Source: Adineta vaga | Lineage: Eukaryota; Animalia; Rotifera | Assembly: GCA_021613535.1 (NCBI GenBank) | Contig: CP075492.1 | Coordinates: forward strand, 18,166,001-18,230,000 | DNA: 64,000 bases | Reading direction: 5' to 3' | Part shown: piece by piece, positions 58,001 through 64,000 of the stretch | Layout of the letters: each line of letters begins with the position of its first letter | Numbering within the stretch: the first letter of the stretch is position 1 | The notes under the pieces: model-generated | The model's input: the letters and a program-made list of their open reading frames with translations, nothing else | The model's database searches: none | Told to the model about the DNA's origin: nothing | Translations under genes and position numbers: made by a program

Positions 58001-58487
58001 TACGTCTTGGACCAATTTCGAAAAGAATATGAATTTACAAGAACAAAATCTTATTTAAAAAAAATTGAATTTTTTGTGATTTTCCAAAAACATTTGATTC
58101 AATCTGTATACGAAATCTTCATTGTAATATCTAGATCATCATGACACATATTCATTAAAAACAGTCCTTAAATTTAGAGTGATCTATTTTTTTTTGTCGT
58201 ACTTCTAAGTTTTACACCCAGGTGATGTATCTTGAGAGTGTGCATGTGAGTTTGGGTGAGAATGAAGAAGAATACTCAAACCCTCACCCACCCTCACGGA
58301 AAGGAAAGCATACCTAATAAGAAAAATAGCTTCCAATACAAATCTTAAATAGTAGAATTTTATGATACAACACAATAAAAATAAATAAATATATAGAAAT
58401 AATATTCTATTCGATAGTTCGTAGTTATATACAAAGCGTCATTAACAAAAAAGTTCGTAAATAAATGTCGTCTATGTCGATGATCAG

Positions 58488-61400
58488 CTACTTGCAAACA
58501 TTTAGAAAAACAGTGTAATCTTCCGAATCTACGTTTGTGATGAGCACATCCGGCTTATCATCGTTGTTGAGATCATCGGATATGATAGTCCACGGTCTAA
58601 TCCCATTACTTCCATATTTGCTTTGAGTTTGAAAGGTTCCATCTCCATTGCCAAAGAGAACACTGATGGTGTTATCATTCGAATTGGTCACTGCCAAATC
58701 GATTTTACTATCATGATTAAAATCATTTGATATTATAGACGTTGGACCCGGACCAGCTATATAATTCACTTGTGTTTGAAAGGTTCCATCTCCATTGCCA
58801 AAGAGAATACTGATGGTGTTATCCATCGAATTGGTCACTGCCAAATCTATATTCTTATCATTATTAAAATCATCTGATATTATACACGTTGGATTCTGAC
58901 CAACTGTATACTTCACTTGTGTCTGAAAGGTTCTATTTTCATTTCCAAGCAGTATACTGATGGTGTCATCATACCAGTTGGCCACTGCCAAATCCATTTT
59001 CTTATCATCATTGAAATCAGTTGAGATTATAAAGTTTGGGTAATAACCAACTATATAATGCATTGGTGTTTGAAAGGTTCCATCTCCATTTCCAAACAGT
59101 ACACTGATGGTATGATTCTTATAGTTCGCCACTGCTAAATCCGTTTTGTTATCATTGTTGAAATCATTTGTTATTATAGAATATGGACCCCGACCAACTG
59201 TATAATTCATTGATGATTGAAAAATTCCGTTTCCATTTCCAATCAGTACACTTATGGTGTTGCCTACATAGTTGGCCACTGCCAAATCCATTTTCTTATC
59301 ATCATTAAAATCAACTGATACTATAGAGTTTGGGCGTTGACCGACTGCATACTTCACTCGTGTTTGAAAGGTTCCATTTCCATTGTTAAGCAGTATACTG
59401 ATGGTGTTATCATTTGAATTGGTCACCGCCAAATCTATTTTCTGATCATTATTAAAATCATTTGCTATTATAGAGGTTGGAGTTCCACCAACTGCATAGT
59501 TCATTGATCTTTGAAAGGTTCCATCTCCATTACCAAACCGTACACTAATGTTGTAATCAGCAGAGTTGGCCACTGTCAAATCCATTTTCTTATCATCATT
59601 AAAATAACCTGATATTATTGAGTTAGGATAATAACCAACTGTGTAGTTCATTGTTGTTTGAAAGATTCCATTTCCATTTCCAAGCAATACACTGATGCTG
59701 TTGTCACCCAAGTTTGCCACTGCCAAATCGATTTTGCTATCATTATTGAAATCACTTGATATTATGGAAAATGGGCGTCGACCAACTGTATAGTTCATTG
59801 ATGTTTGAAAGGTTCCATCTCCATTTCCAAGAAGTACACTGATGCTATTGTCATCCAAGTTAGTCACTGCCAAATCCATTCTATTATCATTATTGAAATC
59901 ATTTGAGATTATAGAACATGGTCTCCCACCAACTGTATAGTTCATTGGTGTTTGAAAGATTCCATTTCCATTTCCAAGCAGTACACTGATGCTGTTGTCA
60001 CCCAAGTTGGTCACTGCCAGATCCATTTTTTTATCCTTGTTAAAATCAGTTGATATTATAGAGTTTGGATTCCAACCCACCATGTAAATGGATGGATTAT
60101 AAAAGCTTCCATCTCCATTACCAAACGATAGAAACACATTGTTATGGTCGGAGTCCGCTACTGCAACATCAAGTTGCGTCGCGTTTCTGAAACGCCCCAG
60201 GGCCGCAGAATATGATGCTCCGTTTGTCTTATAGGACTTTAGTGGTTCAAATACTTTGTTACATACAGACACTATAACAAAACAATATTAAATGTGAAAA
60301 CGATTAAATCCTCAATGTGATAAAATAATAATTACTAGAAGCATATTACTGAGAAAGACGTATTATATTATTTTTCAGACTCGAAATGTTGAATTCTTTT
60401 TATAACTTCACTCATCATACACAAATCCTTTAAAGAAAGATTGAAGTTATAAATCTAGTATACTTTTCATGTTCTACTACATAGGTTTTAGTGTCTTTAG
60501 AATATATATACGACAAATGAGACAGTAATATTTTAAAAAAAGAACTATTTCGCTTCTTCAACTCAGCATAACATCGAAAATTTTTACCTGTTGGATTATT
60601 CTTTGATCTTGTTCCTAAAATAGATCCAAGAATAATTCCTCCTATACATAGAAGAGTTAATAAGCCAAGTGGAATCATAAATCTTTTCTTTTTATACCAT
60701 GATCGTCTTCAAAATACCATCAAAATATAATTTACAAATGATGGAATTCGACTTACTCAAGTTTTGGATAAAGACGTGCACCTACATATATACAGATATT
60801 CTTTATTTACAATAAATAATAAAAACTCTTTTGATTACCTTCGAACGGAGGTTGTAATAACATTTCAGTTGGTACAATTTGCTTTAAATGAATAACATGA
60901 AGATCGGGTGCTGGACTAAATTGTGATAGAACTACCATACGTATACCAGACAAAAGAAGAATTTCATCTTCAGTGACAAAATGTGAATGTTCTTGCACGG
61001 ATCGACCATTGATAGCTTCGACAGAGAATAATGTTCGATTGCCTGTACTACCCAAATACGTCTCGTTATCGAGTACAGTTAGCTCAGTTGTACATGATGA
61101 AAATGCCCACCATGTTACTAATTTACCAGGAGGAAATTCTGCACTGACATTTTTGGTCACTCCTCGCCAAACAGTTGAGGGCGGAACGCATGGTAATTTA
61201 ACCAGTGCAGTTAAGAATAGTTTGAGATACTTGAAATAGGGTCGAAGATGTTCGCGATCTTTGTTCTTGAGAGTGTAATTAAGCATCGAATAAAGGCTTC
61301 GATGTGACGTTTTCCATTCCATTGTATAGAGACGTATTGCAGCACTTTCATCAATCGTTAATCCATCTGGCGGTAGTTCTGATGTTTCATCAATTGCCAT

Positions 61401-62060
61401 TTGACCATAGAATGATAAATTATGAAGTATGCTATTAAGTGGTGAACATGCTTTGGAGAGGGGTAATAATGGTTCGTCAGCATATCCTATAACAGGACCA
61501 AGATCTCGTTCAATACCATTGGAGACCTGTATGATTGTCAACCTTGGTTGTTCAGCAGTAACTTCCACAAGTCGCTGATTTGTTATCATAGATGTGTTCG
61601 TAACTTCACTAAGATATTCTGTCATCATGAGCATTTGTGCTTGATTCAATACTTCGTCACCATGCATATGTGATGAAGTATTTGTAATCTCGATATTTTT
61701 GTCTGCTGCAGATTGTAGATCATTGATTTGTCCAGTAGAAAACATCGTTTCTGCCATCTTGATCTGAACACCGATATCTTTTCCTTTTATTAGCGGTCGA
61801 AAAGTCCACTCTTCATCAATCAACGCACTTGCCGTTAGTTCAGTCTGTACTTCAACATTTTCACTAATCAGTTTCCTTTGACTACTAGTATATTCATTAT
61901 CCAGCGTACTTGTTATTATCTTGTATGAATTATCGGCATATTTAGTTACTGCTCTATGTCGAACATTAGGCTCTTCGCTACTGAAGGTAATTACTGATAA
62001 TTCCATCGGAGTCTGAACATCTTCTTTCGTCAACATTTTCGTCTTATCATGTGTGTCCAT
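58488..62060 (-). CDS. Type II membrane protein: N-terminal ADP-ribosyltransferase - TM - C-terminal FG-GAP repeats (4 exons)
   Basis: ART motifs DESAAIRLYT, VWRG, AFSSCT and EDEILL. In-frame splicing PFE|GARLYPKL|ERSWYKKKRFMIPLGLLTLLCIGGIILGSILG...PT|VSVCNK leads into the 594-aa FG-GAP exon. Confidence 0.85.
58500..60200 (-). repeat. 147-bp (49-aa) coding tandem repeat, 12 FG-GAP units
   Basis: Recurrent TTTGAAAGGTTCCATCTCCATT and CACTGCCAAATC at 147-bp period. Confidence 0.9.
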
Positions 62061-62951
62061 TATCTTGAAATATAAAAAATTCTAATCATCTATCATAGGA
62101 ATAATGTAACTCGTATTTAAAAAAAGGATTTGAGTTTTTTCACAACTACACTGAACAATATTTTTAAGTTTCTTACAATCGTTCCATTCATATATATCAG
62201 AGACCTGTAGAATCATACTTGTTTGACTCCAGCTTCGACTCTGAAAATCTCTGAAAATTTTCGTCCTAGTACATTAGTAACAACTTATGCTTACTAAATT
62301 ATAATGCAAGCTGTAATTAGTATCCTGTTATATATAAAATATCATTTGAGATCATTCAGTTAACATCTCACCGAATGTTTAACCATTAGTTAAATTATCT
62401 GTTCCAAAACTGATTATGCAATATTTAGTTGATTTATTAGAGTATTGTAAGAGTACAAACAGATTAATTGTATCTAGAACGACTACGAAACTCTTGCTCA
62501 GAGAAAAATGTCGAATTTAATAAAAGAAGAAGAAGAGCTTTGTGTTTGTCTATATCATGTTTCTCCGATATTAAATTGATATTTTTTGTTTAGTTAAATA
62601 TTATGATCGGATTTGATCTCCTGGATATGACACGTTCCAGTTTCATTATTGAGTTTTCTGTCACTATCGTCGCAGTATCAGTGTTTCCGCAATTTATGCG
62701 AATAAATTGTGTTAGATGCAAATCTTTCGGACATTCTTTTGAAATACTTGTTACTTTCCATTTCAGCCTAAAGTTTCTGCTCAAATGATGCAAAATATCA
62801 CTTAATTCATACAATAAAATTAGGTTTTGCAAAAAAAATCCCATAGAATAAGATAGCTTCTACTGACCCTCGCTAATTCGAAAGTTGTTACTATTTCATG
62901 GTCTGTTCTTAAATACGAAGATACTGTCTATGAGTGTAAACGATGCAAACA

Positions 62952-63168
62952 CCCAGGTCGAACGATCTTTGCTACAGGATTCCGGTGCGGATTTCATCAG
63001 ATTTTGTCGGAATCCGTTAAAATCCGACAGGATCATCATCGGAAATGCTAGGAATTCGGTCGGAACCGGCATTCGGAATCCTGTAGCAAAGATTCCGGCA
63101 CAACTCGATAGGATCAGATTGAAATTACTCGCGTCCGACAGGATCCGATGTACCCGTTTGGACCTGGG
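62952..63168. mobile_element. MITE with CCC termini and 2-bp TSD (CMC/EnSpm-like), 217 bp
   Basis: TIR CCCAGGTC(G/CA)AACG with CA on both flanks. Internal 20-bp inverted repeat ATCTTTGCTACAGGATTCCG. Confidence 0.8.
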
Positions 63169-63616
63169 CAACTGAATAAAATATAAAAAATATACATTTT
63201 CTCCTCGTATATTATTGCAATGATTATTCAAGCATAATTTATTATTATATTATGTTCATGAAGAAGAAGCAGGCAGCTAAATGCACGTGTTTATAGGTAA
63301 TACCTTTTTCTATCTTCTAAACAAACCTAAGCTCACGTGTAATTAATGTACGAACAGGACAAAAACAATGCATCAATCAACTTTCTCATATCAACGAAAT
63401 ATGTGTAGGCATATCTATATAAAGTATTTAGACGGCCATTTTTTTCTTTTCTTTTCTTTTATATTTCATATTCCTTTGTTGATATATTTTAGCATAGGAT
63501 GAAAGATTAAACAGTACAAGCACAAAATAATCTTATGCTCTTTTCTGAAACAAAGGGTTATAGGCTCGTAAAAGAAGCTCTTAAAATCATTAAATTTTGT
63601 ATGTTTGTTTGTCGAA

Positions 63617-64000
63617 TAGTGTCCTGCGGGAACAATATTTTCCCCTAAGTTTCCCATTCCCATGGAAATTCCCATTTATTTTTAGGGGATAGGAACATGG
63701 GAATTATTTTTGATAAATTGTCTTATTCATACACAATTGACAACATCATAAATATCATCGTCTTAAGGCGCATCACTAATATCTACTGAATATTTTCTCT
63801 TTTTGACTTGTTCAATAGATTATGGAAATAATTCTCTTAACAATGATACACTTCGACGTATAAATAGTAATTGATTTACTTTACTTGTTTGTAAATGTGT
63901 ATGACGATTTGTAATTGTGTTTCCACTTTCAGAAAAAAGTCTTTCAACTGAAGTATTGGTTGCTGGTATGGATAAAATACGTTTTTCTATTTGAGTTTAA
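63617..64000 (-). mobile_element. End of a decayed hAT transposon (C-terminal dimerisation domain), continuing beyond the window
   Basis: The minus strand reads KRILSIPATNTSVERLFSESGNTITNRHTHLQTSKVNQLLFIRR with flanking stops. TAGTGTCCTGCGGG terminus and subterminal TTCCCAT repeats. Confidence 0.8.

Overview
AT-rich eukaryotic genomic DNA with many short GT-AG introns. The gene content points to a bdelloid rotifer (inference, not a database result): FG-GAP and ART expansions, F-box/84-nt-exon LRR, LDLa-EGF-7TM, intronless fungal/bacterial-like enzymes, a mariner, and TGTGGG/TGAGGG hexamers. I reconstruct about 16 genes by joining ORF-track pieces across introns: PAN-LamG, AsaB-like dioxygenase, NOX5-like oxidase, a coiled-coil pore-former-like protein, F-box/LRR, a 3x(TM-ectodomain-TM)+FG-GAP protein, a 788-aa orphan, CYP4, AsnB-type amidotransferase, type I FAS, 2OG-Fe(II) oxygenase/F-box, LDLa-EGF-GPCR, E2, ART, ART-TM-FG-GAP and the mariner transposase. 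There are also several pseudogenes, one intact mariner and several non-autonomous DNA transposons. Main signals: (1) about 24 short hairpins built from telomere-type hexamers (ATCTTGAGGGTGTGGG...CCCACACCCTCAAGAT) that punctuate most gene boundaries; (2) a tight co-oriented FAS-AsnB-CYP4 cluster, in which AsnB has an R-10 mitochondrial presequence ending exactly at the catalytic Cys and the P450 lacks the I-helix Thr; (3) a possible single-chain pseudo-trimeric channel and an ART receptor that carry the same type of phase-1 FG-GAP ectodomain exon. Exon boundaries were read by eye and functions rest on motifs only.
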